Shown: positions 12,551 to 31,454 of the stretch, piece after piece
How the letters are laid out: each line of letters starts with the position of its first letter
Numbering within the stretch: the stretch's first letter is position 1
Assembly: GCF_009914755.1 (NCBI RefSeq)
Contig: NC_060928.1
Direction: 5' to 3' (one strand)
DNA: 64,000 nucleotides
Source of the DNA: the human T2T-CHM13v2.0 reference genome, Homo sapiens
Position numbers and translations under genes: made by a program
Notes under the pieces: generated by a model
The model's input: the letters and a program-made list of their open reading frames with translations, nothing else
Databases searched by the model: none
Told to the model about the DNA's origin: nothing

Positions 12551-13629
12551 ATTGCCTGGGTTCTCATATGTGCCACCCCCACATGACACATTCTTTTTGG
12601 TTTTCAGAGGAGACAGAAACCTTAATTTTCTCTTTCCACATATATTTTCTTCCTCCCCTTACTCTGCTATAGGTCACACTTAAAATTCCCTTGCAATCTG
12701 CTCTTCCAAGCTAGCCCATTAGAGCCTGTCTCTGTGCCATGTCTGTGCCATAACCATGTTAATGGGATGTACAGTTTCCCTGGAAAAAAGGAAGGTATGT
12801 TGGCAGAGGAAACTAAACTTTCTTGTTCAAAGTCTATGGTTTATTTTTCATAATACTAATTGACAGGGTAAGCTATTTTATTTTTCCTATATCTATGTAA
12901 TTAATATGTCCACTTTAGAAATCAATTATCCTTGATAATTACCATTGGTGCTATGGCTATAAACTGAATGCCAGTCTTGCTAACAAACTGAATAAGACAT
13001 AATTTCTTGTTGTTCAAAGAGATGATAAACTCTAATCAGCAGCAAATTCAATCAAAACTTACTGACATCAATTGAAATCACATTAGACTTTGTAAAAAAT
13101 AGGATAATTATGCTCGTCTTGTAAGTTGCAGGTATTGTAACAACTCTAAAATGTGGGCCTGTTTGAATAAATGCTTATGTTTGCTGGCTCTACGCAAGCA
13201 GATGCAGAAATGTATAATCTGCATAAATAAATCAGGAGATTATTTTTCCCCCTTATAGCTCTTTAGTTCTATGAGATTCAATTAATTCAACTTTTTTTTT
13301 TTAATGGGCCCAGGGTAATGAGGTAAGCAGGTGTTAGTGTGTTGGCCACTGAAGCAGGATAGCCCCTGGTACAGATTTGTCACATGGGGTTACTTTTTAA
13401 ATCTCCCTTGATTATTTAGAGATAAACTTAATAGTGATTAAGATAATGACTCCTGGAGCTATGCTGGCTGGGGTCAAGTCCCAGCTCCACTGCTCAGAAC
13501 TGTGCGTCTTAGCCAAGTGTAGGGAGGATGTAGGTGCTCTGTCCCGATCCCTCTGAGTCCCTCTTAGTGGATTCACTGGGATGACCCTTACCCAATGACT
13601 GAAGAGCACAGGAATACAAAGGGCTCAGT

Positions 13630-14770
<1,141 letters not shown>

Positions 14771-15564
14771 GATATTTTTAGTACCTAGACAAATCTGAGG
14801 CAAAGGTTTCCTGAGGCAAGGCAGGGCATGAACAGAAGTGGGTATCAGAGAGCAGTGAGCCTCTGTGCATCTTATCCCTGGATCTGTTTCAACATCAAGC
14901 TTCTTGTTTTATGGATTAAAAAAATATGTATGTGACAAAGGACTTTAGGACCGATACAACAGGTATAAATTACTCTAAGTTTTGAGGGGGAGAAGGTGTC
15001 ACATTTCTAGATTTGTCTAAATCACGTAAACCCTGGCTCCGGGTCTCTGCTCACCAAGGTCCCTGAGAAGCCCAATGACAGCCACATGACTGGCCTGCTT
15101 TGCAATCCCGGGGCTTCCACACACTATAATAATATAGGGAGAGAGGAGGCTGCGAGGCATCTGTCCCCACTGATCACACCACTCTGCTACAAATGCAGAG
15201 GTCAGGTCCTGTTCCTTCAATGTCCTTTCTGGCATCTCTGCTTCCAGTGACACCAGAGACATGCCTCACAACACATCTTTCCCTCACTTGGATCAGCACT
15301 GTGTCCCAAGGCCCCTCCCTTGGCCCCCTGAAGTCACTGAATTTAGTGTCCAGGCTCTCCGTAGTCGCCCCCACACAACCTCTCCAAGGTCCTGTGGTCC
15401 TGGAGTGATGTCTGAGAGTAGACTGCAGCCTCCATCCCTGCTGCAGCCTAAAGCCTTTGCCCTCGCCTTGCAGCATGGGATCCAGCCCCCTGGTAACAGG
15501 TCAGTCCTTCTCCTTTGCCCTCAGAGGACAAATGCCTCCATTCTCTTTCCCACTAAACGCGCTG

Positions 15565-15877
15565 TCCGATAGGGTGACCATGAGTGCCATGCGACTATTC
15601 CTGGAGCAGCTGACATGTATCTAGTTCAAATTGCAACATGCTGCAAGTGTGAGATTTACACCATATTCTGGGGACTTGGTACAAAGGAAACGTAAAATAT
15701 TTCAATAATAGTTTTTATATCACAAACATGTTGAAATAATATTTTTAAACTATTGGGTTGAATAAATATATTATGAAAATTAATTTCACCTATTTCATTT
15801 TACTCTTTCAAGTGCTTACTAGAAAATTTAAAGTTCACACGTGGTTCACATTATATTTATTTTGGACAGCAGCACTC
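15565..15877. mobile_element. MER33-like hAT-Charlie MITE
   Basis: Terminal inverted ends 'gcgctgtccgatag' and 'ttggacagcagcact' around an AT-rich interior. Confidence 0.7.
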
Positions 15878-16445
15878 TCTGCCCAGTGCCTTTCTCCCCA
15901 CCTCAGAATGAAAAGCTAGGGGAACAGGAGGGAGCATGTGCAGGGAAGCCCCCTCCCATCAGGCCTGAAGTGCAAGTAGGCCTGTCCCTGTTCCTGCCTC
16001 ACTCTTCCTGGAAAGCCTGGATCTCTGCATCTGAGCACCTTGCTGCCCTGGTCTGTTGCGAGCATGTCAAGGAGGTAAACAGGGTTACTACATTGTGAGC
16101 CAATGTCTTGGTCTTATTTATTGTTAATGTTCTCTCTGGTTTTACAGATGAGGGGGCCAAAGCCCAGAGAGGACAAGCAACTTATTTCTTTTTTTTAATT
16201 TTTTTATTTTATTTTATTTTTTTATTTTATTATTATTATACTTTAAGTTTTAGGGTAATGTGCACAATGTGCAGGTTTGTTACATGTCTATACCTGTGCC
16301 ATGTTGGTGTGCTGCACCCATTAACTCGTCATTTAGCATTAGGTATATCTCCTAATGCTATCCCTCCCCCCTCCCCCCTCCCCACACCCCACAACAGTCC
16401 CTGGAGTGTGATGTTCCCCTTCCTGCGTCCATGTGTTCTCATTGT

Positions 16446-20273
<3,828 letters not shown>

Positions 20274-20336
20274 TATGATGTTAGCTGGTTATTTTGCTCG
20301 TTAGTTGATGCAGTTTCTTCCTAGCCTTGATGGTCT

Positions 20337-21354
20337 TTACATTTTGGCATGTTTTTGCAGTGGCTGGTACCGGTTGTTCCTTTCCATGTTTAGTGCTCCC
20401 TTCAGGAGCTCTTTTAGGGCAGGCCTGGTGGTGACAAAATCTCTCAGCGTTTGCTTGTCTGTAAAGTATTTTATTTCTCCTTCACTTATGAAGCTTAGTT
20501 TGGCTGGATATGAAATTCTGGGTTGAAAATTCTTTTCTTTAAGAATGTTGAATATTGGCCCTCACTCTCTTCTGGCTTGTAGAGTTTCTGCTGAGAGATC
20601 TGCTGTTAGTCTGATGGGCTTCCCTTTGTGGGTAACCCGACCTTTCTCTCTGGCTGCCCTTAACATTTTTTCCTTCATTTCAACTTTGGTGAATCTGACA
20701 ATTATGTGTCTTGGAGTTGCTCTTGTTGAGGAGTATCTTTGTGGCGTTCTCTGTATTTCCTGAATCTGAATGTTGGCCTGCCTTGCTAGATTGGGGAAGT
20801 TCTCCTGGATAATATCCTGCAGAGTGTTTTCCAGCTTGTTTCCATTCTCCCCATCGTTTTCAGGTACACCAATCAGACGTAGATTTGGTCTTTCCACATA
20901 GTCCCATATTTCTTGGAGGCTTTGTTCATTTCTTTTTATTCTTTTTTTCTCTAAACTTCCCTTCTGACTTCATTTCATTCATTTTGTCTTCCATCACTGA
21001 TACCCTTTCTTCCAGTTGATCACATCAGCTCCTGAGGCTTCTGCATTCTTCACGTAGTTCTCGAGCCTTGACTTTTGGCTCCATCAGCTCCTTTAAGGAC
21101 TTCTCTGCGTTAGTTATTTTAGTTATCCATTCGTCTAATTTTTTTTCAAAGTTTAAAACTTCTTTGCCATTGGTTTGAATTTCCTCCTGTAGCTCGGAGT
21201 ACTTTGATTGTCTGAAGCCTTCTTCTCTCAGCTCCTCAAAGTCATTTTCCGTCCAGCTTTGTTCTGTTGCTGGTGAGGAGCTACGTTCCTTTGGAGGAGG
21301 AGAGGCGTTCTGCTTTTTAGAGTTTCCAGTTTTTCTGCTCTGCTTTTTCCCCAT
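20337..21354 (-). pseudogene. L1 ORF1p, disrupted
   Basis: MGKKQSRKTGNSK start; premature stops at about 21025 and 20562; 1018 nt versus canonical 1017. Confidence 0.93.
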
Positions 21355-21930
21355 CTTTGTGGTTTTATCTACTTTTGGTCTTTGATGATGGTGACGTACA
21401 GAAGGGTTTTTGGTGTGGATGTCCTTTCTCTTTGTTAGTTTTCCTTCTAACAGACAGGACCCTTAGCTGCAGGTCTGTTGGAGTTTGCTAGAGGTCCACT
21501 CCAGACCCTGTTTGCCTGGGTATCAGCAGCGGTGTCTGTAGAACAGTGGATCTTGGTGAACCACAAATGCTGCTGCCTGATCGTTCCTCTGGAAGTTTTG
21601 TCTCAGAGGAGTACCCAGCCGTGCGAGGTGTCAGTCTGCCCCTACTGGGGGATGCCTCCCAGTTAGGCTGCTTAGGTGTCAAGGATCCACTTGAGGAGGC
21701 AGTCTGCCCATTCTCAGATCTCCAGCTGCGTGCTGGGAGAACCACTGCTCTCTTCAAGGCTGTGAGACAGGGACATTTAAGTCTGCAGAGGTTACTGCTG
21801 TCTTTTTGTTTGTCTGTGCCCTGCCCCTAGAGGTGGAGCCTACAGAGGCAGGCAGGCCTCCTTGAGCTGTGGTGGGCTCCACTCAGTTCGAGCTTCCCAG
21901 CTGCTTTGTTTACCTAATCAAGCCTGGGCA

Positions 21931-22098
21931 ATGGCAGGCGCCCCTCCTCCAGCCTCGCTGCCACCTTGCAGTGTGATCTCAGACTGCTGTGCTAGCAATC
22001 AGCGAGATTCCGCGAGCATAGGACCCTCCGAGCCAGGTGCGGGATATAATCTCCTGGCATGCTGTTTTTTTAAGCCCGTTGGAAAAGCACAGTATTAG
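21931..22098 (+). pseudogene. L1 antisense ORF0, frameshifted to 55 aa
   Basis: MAGAPPPASLPPCSVISDCCASNQRDS matches the ORF0 N-terminus; the C-terminal IRVGVTRFSRC lies in another frame after the T-run near 22066-22072. Confidence 0.8.
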
Positions 22099-22734
22099 GG
22101 TGGGAGTGACCCGATTTTCCAGGTGCCATCTGTCACCCCTTTCTTTGACTAGGAAAGGGAACTCCCTGACGCCTTGTGCTTCCCGAGTGAGGCAATGCCT
22201 CGCCCTGCTTCGGCTCGCGCACGTTGCGCTGCACCCACTGTCCTGCACCCACTGTCTGGCACTCCCTAGTGAGATAAACCCGGTACCTCAGATGGAAATG
22301 CAGAAATCACCTGTCTTCTGTGACTCTCACGCTGGGAGCTGTAGACCAGAGCTGTTCCTATTCGGCCATCTTGGCTCCACCGCGACTTACTTCAAGTCAC
22401 ACAGATTGAGTTACAAGAGGGTGGCACATCCATGGCTCTTGCCATCACACCACAGTATCCACTGCAGTCCCAATGGCAAGAGAAAGTGGCAGGCAGAGTC
22501 AGACAGGAAAGAAGTGCCGACGACAAGGGGCGACCACACAACCCTGATTTTTGAGAATGCTACTGGGATGACTGTAGGTATCTGTGGCCCGTGACGTGAG
22601 TACACCCCAGCTCCATCCTAATCTTGAATTCTTTGTCCTTCACTTACATTTTTCAGACCCTCAGTATTTAAGTCTTATTTCTATGAAAGATATTTTGGTG
22701 ATGGTAGCATGGGTTTTTTTTGTTTATTAAATTT

Positions 22735-22893
22735 ATTATATATATATATGTGTGTGTGAGTGTATATATGTATATACATATATTTCAAGTATATATATAT
22801 ACACATATATATATATCAAGTGTCTGATCCTCATGCACTTGCAAATGCTTTTTGTGAGCTGTTTTGCTGTCATTTTAACTATATATATATATA
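22735..22893. repeat. Irregular (TA)n/(TG)n tract containing a 60-bp copy of 24259-24318
   Basis: Direct comparison, 59/60 identical. Confidence 0.95.
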
Positions 22894-24797
22894 GTTGAAA
22901 ACTGCTTCAAATCCCTTGTGAGACAAGGCAGAGTAAAACCAAACCAGTGCACACAAATTTCAATAATTTCTGTGCTGTCCCCTTTGGTGTTGTCTCATGA
23001 GGTGCCCCAGAAAGAAGGCTGAGGAAGGAGTGCAGTCTCTCACACAGCACACAGCAGCACACAGCCGGCGAATGGTTCTTCCCCAGGGGGTTGGATACCT
23101 GTCTTTTAATAAAATGCAGACCAGCCTCAGGGGGCAAGGTGGTGAGAGACTTTGGTGGGCCTGCAGAGATGTGGAAAGACACAGGATCAGTTCAAATCCC
23201 TGCAAGCTCCTGTTACCACTTAAGTTTCTTCCCACACTTTCTTCCTCCTTGGGGGATAACATTGCTTTTCTGCATCAGAAACTCTAGGAGAAGAGGATTG
23301 TATTTCTTGGTGGAATTTCACAAAGACTTGGGTCTACCTTTACCCTCTTTCTTATCTGCATCCAACAATAGAGATTTTGCAAACAGCCAAGGATGTCTTT
23401 TAAGACTGTAATGGAGATCCATGGAAGCTCCCGCTTGCTTCCTTCCTTCGTCACTACCACCACAGCACAGGACATGCAGGAGGCCATAGACCCCAGACCC
23501 CTCTCGTGTTCACTGGAGTAGAGAACCCCATCATGGAACAGTCCATGATGTTTGATTAGAGAGAGCTGGTTTTTGCTGTATTTGCCCTTCATTAAGAATT
23601 TTCCAGGACAATGGGTTGAATGGATGTTCATGGAAGGCAGATAAATGATCTAATGAAAACTTAGTTATCTCATCTTTTAAAAGGCCACAGAGTCATGCTC
23701 ATGATGGCCATTTTTTTGAGCATCTACTTTGTGCCAGGAATTGGGCTAAGCCATTGTCTTGCATGGCAGCTTTCTTTGTTGGAGTGTGTCTTTCATGTGT
23801 GGCTTGCCTCGCTCTTCTGAGACCAGATGTCAGCCAGCCAGGGTAGACACCTCACTTGACAGGAATGAGCATCATGTTTTGTGGAACAGCTGCCCTCCAG
23901 GGAAGCCAGGTCTGCGTCTTACATAATGGGTTGGTGTGTGTGAAATTTGCCAGGTGTTGATTTTGGAAGTCAGGGATGAAAGTCAGGGATGGAGAGGGCA
24001 GGACTGCCACTCACAAGAGTGAAAGAATAATTCAAAAATCTAAATGTGGGAAGGAAGAGGGTGAGAAGGGAGAAAAAAATAGAGAAGTCAACAAGAGCCT
24101 TGGCAGGGGGTGAAGTCCGCAGTGAAAATCCCATGGTGCCAAAATGGCCAAAGGATGCTTTAAAGACAAAAATGTTCTAATGTTTAATTTCAAATGGTTT
24201 GTTTTTCCATGATGCAAACCCATTCTTCATCTCCCTCAGTCTCCCCTCCAAATATTCAATCAAGTGTCTGATCCTCATGTACTTGCAAATGCTTTTTGTG
24301 AGCTGTTTTGCTGTCATTATCATCATGTGGGAATTGAAGAAGGGTTTGAATTCCACATCTGGATCTAGATGAGGCAGAACCCTGTTTCAGCAGAAGCAGC
24401 ACCTTAGAAGTAGATTTGGCTGCAATGATGTAATTGTCCCCCAGTTTTGAAAATAATAATGGTGGAAAGCTCTGGATCTTTATAGATAGTGAAATACAGG
24501 TTCCAATCTTACCAAGATTTCAAGAGTCTGGAAGATTCCAGCAGACATTTCTGTCTACATGTTATTAATTTAGGCTTTCTTTTTCTCTCTTTCTCTTTCT
24601 CTCTCCCTTTCCCCCCCTCTCTCTCATCTTAAGCTTGTATACAGGAATCCACATGTAAAGCTACAGGTAGGTTGAGAAAGATTTTATAAAAACTCTCTCC
24701 AGGGAATTTTGCCCACCAAGAGGCCAGGGAATGGGTGGCGTAAGACAGGAGTAGGTGGCGAACACACTGTCTGTTCCTTTAATAAGACAAAGGGCGA

Positions 24798-25140
<343 letters not shown>

Positions 25141-25998
25141 TCAATTTCTGGTAGGAAGCCCCTACAGGAGATGTAGCAACAAATAAGTTAGTATGTATGC
25201 ACAATGTGTATACATACTTTATCTCAAATTCACACAAAAAAAATTGTATTCAAACTTAAGTAGACCATACCAGCAAAGTAGTTGATATTAGACTTCAGCT
25301 CAGGATTAGTCATGTAAGTCTTTCAACAATTCCATCTATTACATCTCATGCCAAGGGTTATTCAGTGTCTTTTACTACTCATATAAATTGTCTTTACCAA
25401 TATGTTCCTTTGCATTCAGCCCTGTTAACCCCTGGGTTCCCATCGCATTTTACTGTGTCCCAGCCTTAGAAATGCACCGTTATCTTTATGCCTGTGTTAG
25501 CATCTAATCTGGCCATATATATTTCAGGCTTTCCTGGCTATACTTGAGTGATTGGTGTGTCTACCAGAAGCTTCCTGATAAAATACTGCTTTCTCTGCTA
25601 TAGCAGACTTATAGTTTACTTTTAAAATAACTCACTTGAAATTTAACAGGCAGTTTTAAAGCTACATCTGATTTAAGCCCCATAAGTTCTAGCTTTTAAG
25701 AACACGCTTGACTTGCCAACCTGGGGTTTTCTGAGCTGTTGAGTGGAAACACAGGCTTGCCATTGTATTGTGCATTGTGGCTGTGTTCACTGTGGATATA
25801 AAAACAAAACTAAAAAAGCAAACCTGGGCTGGCCTGTTAATAAACTTGGTGACGTTGGATAAACAACCAGAGAATGCCTGAAACTAGGGATGAAATCTTT
25901 CAGTTTATAGATGAGGTGTTTAAGTGGTGCTCTCAGTAAAGAAGGGGAAGAAAATGCAAATCCTTTAAGATATAAGCTTATTATAGCCAGTGATTTTT

Positions 25999-26292
25999 TT
26001 TTTTTTTTTTTGAGACGGAGTCTTGCCCTGTTGCCTAGGCTTGTGTGCAATGGTGCAGTCTCGGCTCACTGCAACCTCTGCCTCCCAAGTTCAAGCAATT
26101 CTCCTGCCTCAGTCTCCTGAGTAGCTGGGATTACAGGCATGCGCCACCACGCCCAGCTAATTTTTTGTATCTTTAGCAGAGATGGGGTTTCACCACGTTG
26201 GCTAGGCTGGTCTTAAAGTCCTGACCCCGTGTTCTTCCCGTCTCGGCCTCCTAAAGTGCTGGGATTACAGATGTAAGCCACCATGCCTGACC
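25999..26292 (-). mobile_element. AluS (Sg-like)
   Basis: 17-bp TSD TATAG(C/T)CAGTGATTTTT at 25982-25998 and 26293-26309. Confidence 0.93.
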
Positions 26293-26325
26293 TATAGTCA
26301 GTGATTTTTAAAAATCAAAGAAATA

Positions 26326-26628
<303 letters not shown>

Positions 26629-29257
26629 TCACTGGATCAATAATATTTATTGTCTTGGCAAATCATAGCATCCTCATGGAGGGAAAGAAAAGGGGCTAGA
26701 CAATCTTCAGCCTCACAAGCAAAGCCCTGAGCAAGAAACCTTCACGAATTCTTTCCCGTGTTTCATAACAAGTCTGTGCCGAAGGCATCAAGATCTCCAT
26801 TTTACAGATGAGGAAACTGGGACTTAGGAGGCACAGGTGGAGTACGTTGCAATCCACCTAAATCCCTGGATCCCAAGCCCATCCTCCTGCTGTGTGGCCA
26901 CTCCCCCACACTTGCCTGGTACTTACGGTTTAGTCTTTGTAGACTCCCGTGGACACCCCTTGCAAACTCAGGAAACCCCCAAGCAGTGCACACACATTCC
27001 TAAAAGTGTCTCATAATTTAGCCTTTTATCCTCATCAGGACTTGTCAAACTCCTGGTCTTAAGAAACAAAGCAAAACTGGCTTTCTGCTAGGTCATTTTT
27101 GCAGAGCAGCATTTGTTTTCTATATATCATTGGTTTTCTAGCACTTCCTGGCTGCTCACAGCATTCTTTCTGTCATTCCTCTTTAAGATTCCACTTTGAT
27201 TTCTCCCATGGAGAAAAATGTTGCTTTTAAAAGTCACAGAAAAAAAAACCCTATTCTGATATGGCCTTGATTTAAAATTGAGGAATAATTTGCAAAGCTC
27301 CTGTTGGAAAGAGGTGGATGCTCTCATGCTCTCCTTGTGGTTCTGTTCCCTGATACAACTATTTTGCAGAGGAATCGTGAAAAACCTTTAAACTTTGTCA
27401 TTAATTATACTTTCAGAAATCTTTCTTAAAAATGATAGTTTCAAAGGTAGAAAGAATTTCATGAGTGAAGAGACTCACTACTGTGTTGTTTTTGGTGGAG
27501 GTGAAAAAAGGGGAAGAATTTAACTGTCTAAAAGCTAGATATAATGTATCTACTAATGAATATTATGGAACTATTAAAAATGATTTTTATGGAAGTTCAA
27601 CTTTCATGTGAAAAACCGAATATATATATTTACATGTTTCTTCTCCAAATCTCACTAAAATGATAGTAAAGGGATTTAAACAAGCATAAGACCATGCATT
27701 CCAAGAGAATAAAGGAAGAGACTAAAGGAGATGAGAGACGGCAGCACAGCTTAGAAAGCTGGACAGCAAGTTGACTGTTGGTAATGAGTTATGTGGCTGA
27801 GAAAGCTGAGCCCTAAGTGCCCACTGGGATGAAGATAAGAAGGAAACAGATCCAATTCAGAGAGCCCTGGAAGACCTCAGGGACTCAAGGCATCAGGCAG
27901 CATCGAGGGGAAAGAATGTGTGGAACTGAAAGGAAGGAGTGCGGGTGAGTTTTCATGGAAGCAGTAAGCCTGGATATTTTCCCCAAATAGGCAATTCTCC
28001 CAAATCACCTCTGCAGAAGATCAGAGGTTTACTCTCAGCAAAAATTAAACCAGACAAATTCCAGATTTAGGGACCTGAGACATAAAATAGGAACAGAGAG
28101 GAGCCTCGTCAGAAAGAAAAAAACAGAGACTGAGTGGGAGTTAACTAACATACTGTACTGTGAAAATCTCAGCCTCCTCTTCCCAACTGTGCGAAGAATG
28201 CTAGCAGGCCAGCTCATAGCGCCTGACAGTACGCTGAAGAATTCTCTAGGTAGCAACTAGGAAGTCCCTCTCTTCCCCCAAATCTGCAGATTTTGATGGG
28301 GGAATCGTACATAATGACCAGGTCCAAGTCCTGTCACTGTATGGTGAAGTTCACTACTTGGTAAGCCTGACCCATACGCAGAAGGCCCAAATGGTTTTTT
28401 AATGGCCCATTCTCAAATAAGAACAGATGGGTAAGGATCACCTGACATTTGCAGAAAGCATATAATATGAAAGTTAGGCGCCAAAACACGCTGTCAACAA
28501 AAAGAAATAGAAAACAAACAATGCGGCAAATGAAGAAATAAAAAACGCCCCCAAATTAATAATAGTTACTTAGGAAGGTAAAACAAGATATTATACTTAT
28601 GAAAAAATTTAAAGGAATATTTATAAAATTTTACAAAGAACTTCTCAAAGTCAAAAATATGAGAGTAGAAATATTAAAAATTCAACAAAAGTGTTGGAAA
28701 GTAAAATTGAAGTAATCTCCCAGAAAGTAGAACAAAGAGAGAAAGATGTATGAGAAACACAGGCAAGTTCCAAAAAGAGGGGACAGAAAAAAAAGGAGGG
28801 ATCTATGGAAATAGGGTAAGAAAATTTCCCAGGTTTTAAAGGGCACACTATGAAGGTTTTTTAAAATGACCTTTATCAAGTCATATTTGAATGAAATTTC
28901 AAAACACTGGAGATAAAGAAAGGATACTGAAATCTCCCAAAGACGAAAGCGTGCTCAGGCAGAGGATTAGGGATCAGAATGACATCAGACTTCTCAATAG
29001 CAACACTTGAAGCTAGGTGACAAAAGAGTAACTTCAAATTCAGAGTGGAAATGAATTTCATTCCAGAATTCCGTATCTAGAAAATACTTATTAAAACGTG
29101 GTGCTGGAATAAAGACATTTTCAGGTGTGCAAGTTCTCAATAATCTTACTTCTCCTACTCCCTTTCTGAGAAGAAAGTGATTCACAACAAAAAAGGAATA
29201 CGACAAGAAGTTGGGGGATGTGAAATTCTGGAAAGGGTCAGTTACCCAGAGGAGCGA

Positions 29258-29678
29258 TGATATAGTTTGGATATTTGTCCCTGCCCAAATTTCATGTTGA
29301 ATGTCAACCCTGATAGGGGCCTGGTGGGAGGTGACTGGCTCATGGTGGTGGATTTCTCATGAATGGTTTAGCACCATCCTCTCAGTGCTGTCCTCTGGAT
29401 AGTGAGCTCTTGTGAGATCTGGCCATCTAAAAGTACGTGGCACCTGTCCCCCTCTCTCTTGCTCCTGCTCTGGCCGTGTGACATGCCTGCTCCCCCTTCA
29501 CCTTCTGCCATGGTTGTAAGCTTTCTGAGTCCTCCCTAGAAGCCGAGTAGATGCCAGCACCGTGCTTCCTGTAAAGCCTGCAGAACCATAAGCCAATTAA
29601 ATCTCTTTTATTTGCATATTATCCACTCTCAGATATCTCAGATATCTCTTTATAGCAATGCAAGAATGGCCTAATACA
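29258..29678 (+). mobile_element. MST (MaLR) solo LTR
   Basis: TGATATAGTTTGG start, CTAATACA end, typical interior. Confidence 0.88.
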
Positions 29679-30046
29679 AGCAGGGAGAGGATTCACAGGG
29701 TGATGGAGAAGAGACATTCAGGGAGGACAGTTTTGCAGCCACCTTGGCCAGCTCCCAGTCTAGACTGAGACAAAAGGTCAGAGAGCTGCAGAGGAGGGTC
29801 ACCAACATAAATACAATTGACAGCTGTGTGGTATTCAGAGGGTTTGAAATAACATTTGTGTTGGGTGCATAGGGAATTAAGCAAATTAAATACAAGGTAA
29901 CTATTAACTTGAAGGAGAATAAAAAGTTACAGAAAGGAGAACTAAGGAGTTACAAATAACATTTATACAGAATCAGTCAGATAAACACTAATACATAGTA
30001 CAACAAGTATCTCTCTGTATCTACATTGGAGAGATGGAGGGAGGGG

Positions 30047-30049
<3 letters not shown>

Positions 30050-30084
<35 letters not shown>

Positions 30085-30091
30085 TGTGTGT
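30050..30091. repeat. (TG)n microsatellite
   Basis: About 20 units with one interruption. Confidence 0.95.
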
Positions 30092-31082
30092 AAAGAGAAT
30101 GAGAGCTAAATTTCTAGAAGGAAGGTAAGGTCTAAACCTGCGAAATTAAGAAGTGGCAGATAAGCGTTATGAGAGGCTGCTGTTTGTCCTCCAATATCAG
30201 TTTCCCTCTGAAGATTTCTCAAATGTGCATCTGCAAAGGCCTGGAGCTCCAAACTGGTGCAGAAACTGCAGAATCTTACCTATTGTGGCCTCAGATGATG
30301 AACATATCACAAAAGATTGAAAGAAATTTTGTGAATGTCTGCATAGCTGAAGATCTCCTGTGGATTGAGGGAGAAGGTGTCCCATTGATGACTACAGTGT
30401 TGAGAAATCAACACTATGTACAGGGAATTCCAAGATATATTTTTATTTGATATGGCAAAATGAGATAATGTGATATTTCATGAATTTCAGTATTATGATG
30501 GAAATCAGACTCACTAAAAAAAGTAATCACAGCACTCCAACTGAGAGCTGTAATAGAATAAAACAAGGAGCATTGCAGAGGCAAAGAGGAAGAGCCCAGC
30601 CCATCCTTGGAGTCCAGTGATTTATACACAGTACTTTAAGCCCCAGCTTGGAAAATGCTAATCTTCACATTCCAGGGAATGCCATTGTTATGCTGTAAGG
30701 TAATGGGGTGAAAATAAATAGCCTCAAGAGAAGTTCAGATAAATGAATGGGTGGTCATGCTAGAGATGGGCATTTTGAGAGGATATTGAAGATGTTTAGA
30801 ACACCTTTTGTTGGGATAGGTTCACAGAAGTTAAATTCCTAGGTATGTTCTCCTGTCTTTTAAGTTAGGCAGTCAAATGGAAACCAGTGCTTCCAACCTT
30901 CCGACAAATTAGCCCTTGTTGCTACTATGAGTTGAAAATACAGAATGTCACCCACTGTGTGCCCCAGAATTGTAGACTTAGGGTTACAAGAGGCCTTAGG
31001 TGTTCCTTCCAGACTGGCCAGGCTCCAATGAGTTGGTAGCTTCACTTTGGACTAATCTAATCATATTATTATGTGTGTGTGT

Positions 31083-31454
31083 GTATTAGTTTATTCTCAT
31101 GCTGCTATGAAAAAATAAATGAGACTGGGTAATTTATAAAGGAAAGAGGTTTAATTGACTCACATTTCCACAGGGCTGGGGAGGCCACAGGAAACTTACA
31201 ATCAGGGTGAAAGGGGAAGCAAACACTTCCTTCCTCACATGGTCGCAGGAAGGAGAAATGCAGAGCGAGGTGGGGAAAACCCCTTATAAAACAATCAGAT
31301 CTCATAAGAACTCACTCACTATCATGAGAACAGCATGGGAGAACTGCCCCCATAACCTAGTCGTCTCCCACGAGGTTCATCCCACCATATGTGGGTATTA
31401 TGGGAACTACAATTCAAGATGAGATTTGGGTGTGGTACAGCCAAACCATATCAG
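31083..31454 (-). mobile_element. THE1 (C/D-like) solo LTR
   Basis: 'tgtattagtttattctcatgctgct...ccaaaccatatca'; GTGTG on both sides as 5-bp TSD. Confidence 0.88.

Larger units (their letters stand above)
27630..30250 (+). mobile_element. Old HAL1 / L1M 5'-ORF1 remnant, interrupted by an MST LTR
   Basis: Degenerate ORF1 C-terminal motif 'atcagaatgacatcagacttctcaatagcaacacttgaagctagg' (IRMTSDFSIATLEAR), not followed by ORF2. Confidence 0.65.
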
